The notes under the pieces were generated by a model, which saw only the letters and a program-made list of their open reading frames with translations, did not search any database and was not told where the DNA came from. Positions 1-13,000 of a stretch of 64,000 nt of DNA are shown piece after piece. Source of the DNA: Phoronis australis (lineage: Eukaryota; Animalia; Phoronida); contig NMRA01000096.1 of NCBI GenBank assembly GCA_002633005.1, positions 823,691-887,690 of the forward strand. Direction: 5' to 3'. Numbering within the stretch: the first letter of the stretch is position 1; each line of letters starts with the position of its first letter. Both the position numbers and the translations under genes were made by a program.

Positions 1-553
1 AAGCCCAAATTTGAATAAATTGTGTAAATCATATTCCCAATGCGTTGTATCCATGTAGTCATAATCTCTCGCATTTCCCAGTAAATTAATTAATCAAGGT
101 TTTCCAACAAAAATAACCTGTTAGAAAATCTTACTTTGATGTTCGGTACATCTGTCTTCTAATTAAACATTTTAAAAAACTTTGAGCATTAACAGTTAGT
201 ATTACTACTCCGAGCAAAATAGTGAGAGAGAAATTTTAACAACTATTTTCATCCAAAATTCATTTCTTTTTACAAAACTCAGGGGTTGATCAATGATGAG
301 TAAAAGAAACACATAAAAAACAGAAGCATATTAACGACGTATTGATGTCTGAGACTGACACAGTGCAAATTTCACAAGCAAAAAATCTTGTCTAGTGTTG
401 CATACGTTACTATTCAATAACTAGTTTTGCACGAAATAAGAAACCTCAAAATAGTTCGACTTTGTGCAAAAATTCCATTATTGGATGATTGCGAGTTTTT
501 TCCTATAGCACTGAGTATATGCCATAATGGAAAGAATAGGTCAGCAATGCAAT

Positions 554-2290
554 GTAAGAGCAACGCCGAGCGTTGAAATGTGCCAATGAATGCAACGCAA
601 ATGTGTGCTTTAACGGTCGTTTATTTGTATTATAAAAATGGCCACTAGATGGAGCAAAAACGTCCAATCCATTCGAAAATGGGAACATGTCATTGCTTCA
701 TTAATAGAAAGCTATTCATCAAATTGCATAAAAATCTGTCAAGGAACTTCAGAAAAACAAAGGAAAACAGAACAAAATGAAATTGCCACTAGGGGGCACA
801 GCGTTCGTTGCATCCACCTGAAAGTTGTTGTTGTCTGTTGTTAGCTTCTTATAAATACACTTACTAAATTTAATAAAGATTCTGTAGTGACTTTATATGA
901 TCAGCTATGGGCGCAAAACAAAACAAAACTACCACTACGAGACGCCAAAGTAGTCAAAGTCATCATTGTCAACTGTCCTCTTAACACTGAGAACATATAT
1001 ACCAATTTTCAAAACCATCCTTAGAATAGTTTGGTTGATGGAGGAGTGGATGCTAAAAACAGATTCGAAAACAGAAAAAAATGGCCACTAGGTGGCACAA
1101 AATACCTTGATTCCATCTGAAAACAGGAGGATAGTGTCATCTCACCAATAGATGTCAATATTCAAAATTTTATGAAAATCCGTTGAAGATCTTTGAAGAT
1201 TCAGAGGTAATGTAAAACTCTAAAATTGCCACTAGAGGGCACACCGATAGTCATATCCACTTGAAAGTCCTCGTCGTCCGTTGTCAATATCATAATGAAC
1301 TTGATTAGTTTAGTAAAGATCCTGCAAACGGTTTAGGAGATACAGCCATAGGCACAAAAACAAAACTGCCACTAGGAGGTGCCAAAGTAGTCAAAGTGGT
1401 CGGAAAATCATCGTCAGCCATCCTCCATTTTTCACAATCATCCTAAGAGTGGTTTGGTTGATAGAGGGGTAGATGCCAAAATGCACTTGAAAACAGTAGA
1501 AATGGCCCCTAGGTGGCGCAAACTACGTCAAATCCACCTGAAAACGGATGGATAGCGTCATCTTACTAATAGATGTCTATATGCCAAATTTTATGAAAGC
1601 ATATGGAGGGTCTTTGAAGATACAGAGGCGAACGTTAAAAACCAAAATTGCCACTAGGGGGCACACCAGTAGTCACACCTGTCTAAAAGTCGTCGTCGTC
1701 CATTGTCAACATCATATCAATATACTTGCTAATTTTAGTAAAGATCCTACAAACCGTTTAGGAGATACAGCCCAAGGCGCAAATTGAACAAAACTGTCAC
1801 TAGCAGGCGCCACAGTAGTCGGAAGTTGTCCGAAAATCATCGTCAGCCGTCCTCTTCATACTGAGAACATACATGCCAATTTTCACAATCATCCTTAGAG
1901 CATTTTGCTTGATAGAGGGGTGGACGATAAAGCGTAAAAATGGCCACTAGGTGGCGCAAACTACGTTGAATCCATCCGAAAACGGGAGGAAAGCATCATC
2001 TCACTAATAGGTGCCTATATACCAAATTTTATGAAAACACGTTGAGGACTTTTGAAGATAGAGGTAAACGTAAAAAACTAAAATTGCCACTAGGGGACAC
2101 ACTGGTAGTCGAATCCGTCTGAAAGTTCGCACAAGCCATCCCATCCATGAAAGCAATACACATGCCAAACTTCATGAAAATACGTCAAGCGGTTTTGGAG
2201 ATAGAGCAGCGGACACTGTACAACGGATGGCCGGATGGACGGAGATGACAGCATAATGCGTCCACATATAAATATGAGGACGCATAAAAA
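554..2290 (-). mobile_element. Non-autonomous Helentron-type element (HINE/DINE-1-like) with central ~435-bp tandem repeats
   Basis: End hairpin caacgc..gcgttg (561-575); the other end has a GACG/GATG microsatellite (2222-2243), inverted repeat atgcgtcc/ggacgcat (2256-2285) and taaaaa; about 3.5 internal units. Class inferred from structure. Confidence 0.72.
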
Positions 2291-4959
2291 TGTCATATGA
2301 TCCCAACACTTGCTTGATTGGCACTGAATATGTGCCATATATAAATAAACAGGTCAGCCACAAAATGTCATGTGTAGAGCACCTGTTACTTCGGTTTTGG
2401 ATGAGAACAAGGCCAAGATTTGGCTCTTACAATTGCAAGAAAAGAAGGTTTCTTTTGAAAAATAAATTTTGTGGCGTAGTATGAGATGCTGTAGCAGACT
2501 TTAGACCTGTAAAGTGCCAACAACTCAACCATTCTCAATACACTGCAGAAGAGGGTAACAACACGATGTCCCCAGCGACAACTGCCACTGGTGACAACCG
2601 AACTCACGTGGACTCGAAAATGCGAACGAAAAACACTAAAAAAGGCAGAAATAAAAGTTAACAATTGGATCACTAGCATGAGCACCGTGCAGAGTTCTTA
2701 TGTTTTTTGTAATCACTTTTTACACGGCCAAATCTGAAAATATGAGTGGAAATATACAGTCACTCGTACTTTTCGAGCACAGATTTTTGGCTGTGTCAAG
2801 CACTCAAAGACTTCGAAAATGAATAAAACGGGTTTAAAAGATGGCACAAAATGAGCTTTTAAGTGATACTTAGTTATCATTCTTACAAATTTTTCTGACA
2901 AGAACAGTAACATTCATCAACTAACAATCATTATTCTGTCAATAAGGACTTTCCCCGATATTAAAAGGTGCTTTAGTAATCAAAGACCTTATTTAAAGCG
3001 GCACTTGCTGCTTCATGTTCTTCAGTATAGCTTAGCATTGTGGACTAACACCGCATATATAACACAAGGGCAAAGATTAGCTTTTTGCTCACTAAATTTG
3101 TTTGCAGGTCATTTACTAATTTCTTACTGGTAAGTTTCCATAGATATGTCAATTACGGTTTCTTTGAAGGCCTACGACAAGTTGGCATAGGGACACCCAG
3201 CAATACTATTTAAATTACAACTAAAGCAATGTGGCAAAACTTCCAAACCAACAGAACTACATGTAAATGTAAAACGTTAGCACCTGAACAACCACCTCTG
3301 TGCTGATCAACTTGACCTACAACTGGTTGCCAGGCACCATGTGACAATCAAGCACACTCAACGGGAGGTTTGCTACAGCCCCGCCCACTCACGGTGATGT
3401 CTGTACAAGCCCGCCTACTTATTATGTGACTTTTAAAGTCACAACCACTCACAGCTCATGTGACGAGAAAAATGAATCAATTTGTGCACTAATGCTGGAC
3501 ATCAAAAATCCGCCCAAAAGCTGTATCAAGCAGAAGTCGACTCAAACTTATGGTAATGCCGTTTCAAAGAATAACCAAATTATTTATAATAAACAAAAGT
3601 AAGAGCATTGTCTCAATGAAGACAGCTAATTTTCCAATTAAGTGCACCACAGGGCGAGCTTTACAGCTGGTTCAAAGAGAAACCAAAAAATGAAGTAAAA
3701 ATATTCCCTCGACAAATAAATCTTTTGCAGGTCAAACAGTTTCAATTTCTTGACATGAAGTTGTTTTGTGTGACATAGCGAATCATCTTCGAACAACAAT
3801 TTTAAAAACTCAACAGTGCTAACTGGTACTCCAACCTCATCAGTGCTGGATGATTGACTGAGTTTTATTTAGTCTTCATAAATGTACCACCACCAGTTTT
3901 GTAAAGCAGCAGTGAAGGAATGTCGCTGGAACTTATCAAGTATGCAACACCAACATTTGTCACACTGATGGTGGACACAGAATGGTAAGATTTTGAAAAG
4001 TGGTGGCTGCCCCTCTTAGTGTAATCTGTGGATAATTATTCCCATTACTAAGTCTGGGAATAAGCACAACCTAGATAATTATCGACATAATACTCTTGCA
4101 GGAAACGGGCAGTTTTTTCCCTCATGTGTTATGCAATTACCTAACTGCCAAGCAGAATAATATTGTCCGTTTGTTGATTTTCTAAGGTATTTGATAGTTT
4201 TTTTTGGAGAGAAGACACAAAATACAAACAAATTAATTACAACGTCCAAGGAAAAATGTAAAACATTTTGAAAAGTAGTAAGAAGACGTAAAAGCATGTG
4301 TCTTGATAAGAGATATGGGTTGAGTAACCGACATTTTTAATTGTACGAGTTAGACAAGGATGACAACTCCCAATTTTTTTGTTCTCTCTGTTAGTAAATG
4401 ACTTGGAAAAAGAATTGAAGATGAACAGCAGACTGTGTGTTAATGTTGGACTATTAAATATGTATGCGTTGATGTTCCCAGATGACTTAGTATAATTGGT
4501 ACAAAGAGATAGATAGTTCTATTGTGGGAAATAGATCTTCATCTGTAGGGATGTTTTTAAGGCCGCGCCATGTGTCATTGGTGCAAAACATTTCATCACC
4601 TTGGGTCACCTGGCATATTAAAATTGTGTCGGCAATCAGGCCCTATGTTGGTCTCCTGGCAGGAATAACTATGTACCTCCTATTGAATAACACCCGATCA
4701 AAACAAATAACCAAAACAACAAACTCAATGTAAGCCACAGGGGGTCTAACACACTGAAAATAAACATTCAAACTGTGGAGACGCATGATTGCCGTTTCCG
4801 TCTAAATCAATCACTAATCCCTAATATAAATAGCAGACATGTAGCTTTCTATTAACTACTAGAAGGAATTAAACACAAGCAAATCAAAGCTAACATATGT
4901 AAACAAAGCAAGAGAACTGTGAATGTATGGACGGCAGACACAAAATGATGTCCCAAGAG

Positions 4960-5020
4960 TCTTCAAAATTGACCAATTGGTCTTCAAAATTGGCCCATTA
5001 TCTTCAAAATTGGCCCATAA
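4960..5020. repeat. ~21-bp tandem repeat (tcttcaaaattggcccatt), 3 copies
   Basis: Directly visible. Confidence 0.8.
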
Positions 5021-6149
5021 ATTTGAGGTCCTGTGGGTGAATTGACCTGTAGACACATTTTTCTGAAATGAATCCTGTAACTGATATCAAAAAACAAAAA
5101 CATGTTCTTTCGAAACAGTGGTATTTTATGTCACTATGAAAACTGGGCTTTTGGTAGCAAAAGAATTAAAACTACTGTATGATACAAAACCTTAGAATAA
5201 CATTTTGCGCAACAGAAGTTTGCTAAGGCACAGAAAATCTTAACATACCAAGAGTCAAAAACAATCTTTGTGCTAATTGAAGTCTATTGATATCCCAGTG
5301 ACTGCATGGCTGAAAGTTGCTTTTTGCTACAATATTACCAATTATAGTTGATAGCACAGAGGTGTAGGGGTTTTCATGAAGGAAAACTGTCAAATTTGGT
5401 CTCACCAAATGTGCTGGAGGGGAACTGGGAAGTCTGCTCCTTAGAATAATACGATACTGGTTAATGTTAAAATGCCCTCAATACTTTAAGAATCTTAGGC
5501 AACAATACTTATTCAATGAACTTCACGTCAGACATTTGAAACTTAGAAGACTACTGCGGATTAAAACACCAAAATTTTAAGACGATCACGTAACCAGGTT
5601 TTTGTGAACACAGAAACTAGGCGAAAACTATTCTTAAATAGCTGATTTACACAATTAGAGGATTAGTTAATTGTAGACTTTGTGTCCACTGTAAATTTTA
5701 AAAAAAAATTGTAATGTGGGCCAGAAACCTGTTTATGCGAATATATCATATAATAATAATAATAATGATAATGTAGTAAATAGAGATGCATGATCTAGCG
5801 ATAGAGAAATACTGCGAAAAAGTCAGGATGCTATTTCCCAGGCCCCGATAAAGTGTGATCACACAGAGTGACACCTTTAGTGGCAATGGGACAATAAAAC
5901 CAACCACTGCCTCCGTGACAAAATAGCTAGTATCCCATAGCACCATGACTAACACTGCCATCAAAATGTCACTTCTAAATCTTATCGTGTATCTGAGGTA
6001 CATTACAAAGAACTTGAACAGACACTCAACTCTTAAGCAATGCCAACTTCGCACAAATCACCTTTCATTCCCTGCCAAAACAAAGGTAATAAAAAAGTAA
6101 GTCCCTGATCAAGTAAGCTCCTAAATCCAGTTTTAGTAGTAGTATGAGC

Positions 6150-6360
6150 CATGAGTCTTTCAACTCCACTTGGACAGGAAGCGGGTCCATCACAAGTTCA
6201 TTCCCACCTATGACTGGTACTTGTTCATTTAGTCAACTGGAGCAACGCAGGTGAAGGGCTTGGCTTGAACGCACACTAAATGACTGCAGCAGCAGCAACA
6301 ACAAACTGAATCGACGACTCTACAAAGCTGTGTTCACTGCACAATCCACTCGACTATATA
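6150..6360 (-). mobile_element. Degenerate tRNA-derived SINE-like element
   Basis: Minus-strand A-box-like TAGTCGAGTGG near 6347-6357; body gtcaactggagcaacgcaggtgaagggcttg resembles SINE core regions (from memory, not searched). Confidence 0.4.
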
Positions 6361-6408
6361 CAAGACTCTGACTGCTAAAACATTAGAAACTAGGGCTGTT
6401 TCATGGCG

Positions 6409-6510
6409 GTAGATAATTGACTTGTAGGTCCTGATGCAAAGCAATTGGCCAGCGAGTCATGATGCAAGATAATTGGCCTGCAAGTCATGACGCTAGGTAA
6501 TTGGCCTGTG
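6409..6510. repeat. Degenerate ~28-bp tandem repeat, about 4 copies
   Basis: Recurrent aattggcc..gtcatga unit. Confidence 0.75.
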
Positions 6511-6836
6511 TATCGTAATAACGAACAACAGAGCGCAGATGGATATCTGGACTAGCCTCAATTTAGAAACTGCTATTGTCAGGAGTAGAAACCAAGCAGG
6601 TTTTTGTAATGCAAAGGTACAGTCAGCCGCAAAATTCACTGCCCAGTGAAACAATGTATTATCTTATTCTCTAAATTCCTGAAATTATTGTTATATTTCA
6701 AGTGGCTCGCAACTCGAATCACAAGGATCGCATCCATGGCATCCCATCTACAAGTTTTACAGAGCAACAAGGGTAACCAGTACAATGAGAACCCGCGCCA
6801 GTGTTTCGTAAAAGTTTCCCAAAAACGAGCGCTTAC

Positions 6837-7015
6837 CTTAAACTTTTCTCTCCATCATATTGTCGAACTCTGACTGGCTTAGCCGTGGTGAAGATCACGT
6901 CGTTACCAAACTGAGGGTCCAATGGCAATCGCCTATGAATTCCAATGTCACGGATACTCTCTTCAGATAAGGTCCTCTGTAGGCGTGGCCGTGTTGGAGT
7001 GGAATGTTGACTAGA
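6837..7015 (-). CDS. SIPA1L: SIPA1L exon (..[21 protein letters not shown]..)
   Basis: ggtacag acceptor, AG|GTAAG donor, phase 0-2; LxRTLS(D/E)ESI is characteristic of the SPAR C-terminal region. Confidence 0.92.
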
Positions 7016-10000
7016 CTGTACCAAGAAATAAGACATTCAGAACATATCTTTTTGAATGTAAATACACTTAAATACACAACCCAACGCAGCACCAACTTCA
7101 ACAACCATTGCTACAGTCCATGTTTTTGTGTGGACTCCTTTGTTTTAATGTTTAATATAGTGTATTGGCATTCCTGAACCAACAGAAAAATCCACATCTC
7201 CTAACTCAGTTCACTTGACGATGAAGTTTGCAACTTTGCCTTGACCCGCTTGGAACTAAGGGCTCATCCCATGATGATCCGTACGTAAATACGTAAATAT
7301 TAATTTGGATCATTAAAATACATGACATCTTACAAGTGATTATCTCCCCTGTGTCACGGACGGTACATTGCAGAAATAAAGTTACAGCTGATAACTGCAG
7401 CCTCATCATGAACTCGGTAAATATTACAGAATTTAGACATTTGATAACCGTAAGATCTCCCCCACCAGAATAACTTTTCATTTTATTACATGCTGAAAAC
7501 TGATACCTCAGTATTGACTCAGTAAACAAGACATTAATTTTACGCATTTGACAGGATCCACAACCGTATAATAACTTCCAGTTTTACTATTCACTGAAAG
7601 ATCAAAACTGATTTTGCAGGATTAACTCGGTAAATAATAAAAAATCTAAGTGCTTGACATCCTTTGGATCCACTCAACTGTAATAACTTACAAATTATTA
7701 CTCGCTAAAGAAAGGTTCTTCAATGCCTTTTTTGCACAATGATCATCCGCATACGTGGTCAAGATAAGACGATTCTGTTGTCTTTTTGCGCGTCAAGTAG
7801 AGTTGTACAACAAGAAACAGCCACGACGGCATGCGCAGCGGGCAATCTGTGACCACTTACCCTGTCTCTGAGTTCAGCCTCTGAGACATCGGGGTCAATC
7901 AGTCTCATGAGATCCTCCTGGAAACTGGAGAGAGGCTTAGTAGTACCTTTGGAGAAGTTGGACACGCCTGGTCGCAGACGATTACTCAACGACTCAGTGG
8001 ATGCCCTGAAATGGAAAATAAAATGTCAGAAACAAGAGCCTAAATCTGTCCACGTTTCACAAGTCAGTACCATGTTAACAAACTTTACATCAATGAGACC
8101 ATCTTACATAGTTAACAGGCAAAATGTCACTCGACGAAAGCTTCAGCAGCGATGGCTAAGGCAACCCTTAAAACCTAAAGCAATGAATGGAGTCTCTCAT
8201 GTGGTAATGAATGTCCAACTCACACCAGCATACACCAATAATCCTACATAAGTCGTGCAGATACATATTTACAGTATGTTAGCACACGATCGAGGGTGGC
8301 ACATTCTACCACATCAAAGTCTATCCATTCTAGAAAGCGTGAAAAGATCTTCTCTGTACATGAGATAAACAAACCTGCCCCATTAATGACCCCAACATCA
8401 ACTTGGCAATAATCTACCTTAATCCTTCAGTAGAACTATACTAAGCTCATCACACGTGGGGCTTTGGTCAGTGAGCAATGGCGCACACAACTGAGCAGTA
8501 TAAACTGCTACCAGGACCTGCAAGGGAGCCACCTGCATTGGACTAACAGTTCTCACAGGGCAACTTTCAATCAATTTTTTTATTAGCATATGGTTGTACC
8601 TCTTACCTTACAGATGACCTGGGACTACTGCTACGGCTACTCGCTGGTGACGATCCATCTCTGTGATGGCGACCCCTGGCTGCAGCATGAGAAGGCTTAC
8701 CCCGCGGGGACTGGTGGCGTTTGCTGGGAGTGTTGGTGACCGCAGACTGAGAACCACTTCCTGCACAAAAGAGTTGACTCGTGATTTAAGGGGAGGCAAC
8801 AAGAGAATGGCATGACACACTTGTTGACAGGTTCCACCCACATTTTGTTTTTCATTTTCCACGCATTTTGCATGATATTTCCAGGATATTTGGCCAAAAA
8901 TATTATAATTTGAGCAGGTCTTCACCTGACTCATTTTGACACTTGCACCTGCCTATCTGTTTTAAGGAAAAAACTACCCCCAAACTACTTTGACTATAAT
9001 CAGGCTACCCTTTTGAAAAACATATCAATTTTCAATAAGAAACAGACCAAAACCAATTATGCTATTTTCCATGAGTAACATATGCATCTGAAAAGAAGAG
9101 GTACAAAATTTTAAAATATGATAAATGGTTGATGACATGCAATCGAATGTATAGATTTATGGAGTAAGGGAGGAGCGTTGCGCCATTTTCCAAGTTTTCC
9201 AGGTTTTCTTGTCCATATTGCACCACTATTGACCATAGAACAACATGGGTGTATCTATTCATATATACAGCAACATTGGATCTGTACAAACAACAGTAAG
9301 GTCTGCCCCATAATGCAGCCTTACAGATTAGACAACAGATTCTGTACATGACCTATCCATAGATATAACAACAGCAGCGTTTGCACATGCCCTACCTGTA
9401 GATATAGCATCAGTGGATCTGTATAGACCATACTCAGGCCTGGGTGGGAGACCAGGGGGTTGAGATCTCTGGGGCACGGGGTTGAACGCACTCCCTGTAA
9501 TAACACAATCGAATTGGATTGTTTAAAGACACGCGACCACATGAACAAAACGTACACCTTTCCAAAATAAACAATTTGAAATAAACTTTAGCATTACTGA
9601 CACTTAATCTGTTAAATGCTCTACAAATCACCAAGCACCAACTGCTCATCGCAAGTTAACACTATTATAACTGATACAACTGTTCATCGCAAGTTAACAC
9701 TATTATAACTGATTTAACCAGACCTAGGCAAAAATCATCACCTCGATACTAATTCATTTTAAGTTAACTTTATTTATGAAGGATAAGAACTCGATCGTAC
9801 CAGAAGAGGGCTTGCTTAAAGCACCGTGAGAATTGAATGCGCCGCCAGAGTCGCTATGGTAACCACTACTCCCAGTGCCAGTGTTGTGCGCCATGTTTTT
9901 GTCATAGCTGTCTGCATCACTGTTGGTAAACTGATGGAAGAAGGACATGATAGAGGTGTAATGAAAGTTATGAATCAGTAAAATTCATAATAGTCTTCGT

Positions 10001-13000
10001 TAATGTCACTTTCCCACCTACACTACAACTCCACTATTTTGCGGAGTTTCGGTCAGTGGGAAAGCGCTCACAGACATTGCAACCCTTATCAAAGTAGGTG
10101 AATTAAATTGCTGAGTTGTGCAACCCTACTTAAGTGGGAAAGGTCAAGTCCACTTCCATGGGTCGCCACATGCAACGCACGTATTCAATCGAAAATGCAA
10201 ATCAACGACACCACCTGGTGTTCAGTCGCTAGAACTAGTGGCATCTCCAATGTCACTACCAGAGAGGAGTCAGTGGGAAAGGTATGGGGAGTTGCGATGG
10301 AGTTTCATAAGGCCGAAGTTTTTATAATGGGGAAAAAGACACATGGATTGGGCATGCTTACTAACTGAAGTGACCAATGTCACAAGAGTTGAACAGTAGC
10401 CACATTGTCATTACCATCCAATTCATAACTAACAGAACTGCAAATCACAATTATAACTTCAATTTCTCCAAAACAGCAAAATCGAACATGACTGGTTTTT
10501 CACAGTATGTTTCTAAGAGCCACAGACCTGAGAATGATGCAAAAAATTCAAATGGCAGATAAGTGTTTTAACAGTCATTTGCTAATAGCTACGTGCATCA
10601 AAAAGTAACAACCGAAAAGAAATTAACAGCTGCAGCTCATATAACAATGCCAGACACTGATTAAAGGCGTCATAATAATTGAACTATTAATTGCCAGGTT
10701 TGATTTGATACCATGAACATTGTTCAATGCAATGCAGGCTTACTTTGATACCAGGCCAAGTCCCAGCTCTCCTATCTTTCACATCCGTGGCTACTTTTGG
10801 GGGGCAACGGGAACTTTGCATTAAACCCATCTACAGATGTTCAAAAGTCAATTTCAAAAAAGTTCCCAAGAATACACTTGCATGTTTAGTAATAATTTTA
10901 ATTTAAAAGTTGGAAAAAATTTAGCCTAAATTAATATGTTAGCCAACAGGTGTCAGTGCAAAATGATCAGAACAGCCAATCAAATGCCAGGAAAATATTG
11001 TATGCGTACCTTTCCCATTACCAAATTGTCTGCTCCATGAAAGGATTCATCAGAGGACAGCCAACTGATGTTATCCTGTTGACTTGGCTATCTTGTTTAC
11101 ACCTACTATCTACATTGAAAGGTGTTAATTCTTGGATGGTGTGCAAGTAATTGGCAATTACCAAGGGTCAAGGTTCATAAACCAGCAGGCAGTAGATTGG
11201 AATTGAGGAAAGCCAAGTCAAGTGGCAAGCACAGGCATCCTCAGCTTCTGATCGTCCCCAATACACTATATATAATACTACAAGGTATGACACTCGGGAT
11301 TAGAAATTCCACGGGTGCTTCACTTCAGCCGTCCATAGCAAACATAAAACTCAATAAATTTACACAAAACAGAGGTTCAACAAATCATGAGGAATTATTC
11401 TTTCTCGCAATACCATTTACGGTGTCCTGCTTCACCGAGTTCGCAAGAAATTCGCAGTCAAAGCACACAAATTTCCCAAAAAGCTCGTCCGGAGCAACTC
11501 TCTGGTCCCATGCGAAGATTGATAATAAGCTTCAACTGAACATGGTATCTCAAAAATGACACATTGGATTTGTGTGAAACTTTCGAATGTGTACTATTCT
11601 CCAAAACGCTGTTAGAAGTTGCTTTTAAAACGTTCCTCTGTTGCACAAGGGGCTATCAAAAATTAGGAATTTTTATGATTTCCACAAAAGATATTTAAGG
11701 TTACATAAAACAAAATATTTCAGTAAATTGTAACAGTGTCTTAGAAATCTCACCATGAACATTATATCAAATAAAACTCAATCATGTTATTGATACTCTT
11801 GTTTTGCTATAAATGTACCTTTATTTTTTCCTAATAGACATTAATCGGGTGACCAAATTAATAACATATTACCAAAAAGTTAAAAATCAAATTCAGCAGC
11901 CTTTCTACTTTCAGAATATAGAGTTAAAATTTGTACTTTTCTAGATTTTTTGCTAAATGTATGCTCGTTGATAAGGCGCTACATAACCTTAAGTACCAGC
12001 CAATCCCACTGAAATGCAGACAAGAACTTAAGATTATCGTAATGTATATATTACACAACGGCTACCATGAATAAATTGGGTACCTAACTTGGTCATGCGT
12101 GGCACACAACGTCCAATTTAGAACGCGATATGGCAAAAAGAAGAATTTCATTCCATCACCCATCGCAACAAAAATAAACCTTTGCTTTACTGGTAGGTAT
12201 CATAACACGCCTTTGTACCACACTGAGCAAATTTTACTGAAGCTTCAGTTTACAGCTCAGAAAACTGTGGATCATGCTTGAAATCATTACCTGCATACTC
12301 CTCTGCCATCCATGAGGTGGGGCGTGGTGATGGTGGTGGTGGGGTGACTGACTGCCCTGGGAGCTGTGACCAGATGCTTGACGCGCATGCATTGCGTAAC
12401 CCGCTGGTGGCTCAAGGCTGTTTAACTCCCTGTAGTTGGACCCACGGGACGGCGGACTGGAACAGTTACAGAAAAAAGAATAAGATAAACTTGTAATTAG
12501 TGACCATAGTGAAATACTGATATAGATGGAATTTTTTCAAAATTCAGTGTGCTGGTATTTTAAATCACTAATTAAAGTGTCTAATCCATGGTATTTGTTA
12601 CATTTTTGCACGATTTTTAGTTTGCCTTTACTACCCTGAATGCTTTGGTACCAGTGTTATCAAATTAAGGTTGGATGAACATACAAAATACTCAGACCTC
12701 GAACATGGACAAGCTGAAACAGCATAGAAATAAAATGGGATCGCAGTCACAGACAGAAGAAATGCAAGATTTTTGCAACTATACACAAACAAGCCAACGG
12801 TTTTACACGTTGTTGACAAATCATTGTCGAGGACATATTAAAAATTGTAGATTTTGAAATACATTAAAGCAAAAAGAAACTAAAGCAAGAATATCATATT
12901 CTACTTCAAACATGGTTGGCGACAGAGAAATACACCCAGAGACAGAGATCTACAAATACGCGCCCAGTGTAACCGCGTCTCTTACGTATGGTAAAATCTC

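Noticed and set aside
1-6836. Remaining SIPA1L C-terminal exons (WxxLVDAA-like motif, coiled coil, stop codon)
   Set aside because: Searched by eye and not found; probably beyond the window start, though a small exon could have been missed.
8696-8701. Internal donor GGG|GTAAG, and a tandem GTAAG 5 nt upstream of the 8607 donor
   Set aside because: Both give phases incompatible with the next exon.
9640-9712. Short two-copy direct duplications (also 41192-41277, 43151-43189, 47628-47680)
   Set aside because: Ordinary slippage duplications with no sign of function.
11122-11559. 145-aa plus-strand ORF
   Set aside because: No recognisable motif, non-ATG start, runs into repeat-like intronic sequence.
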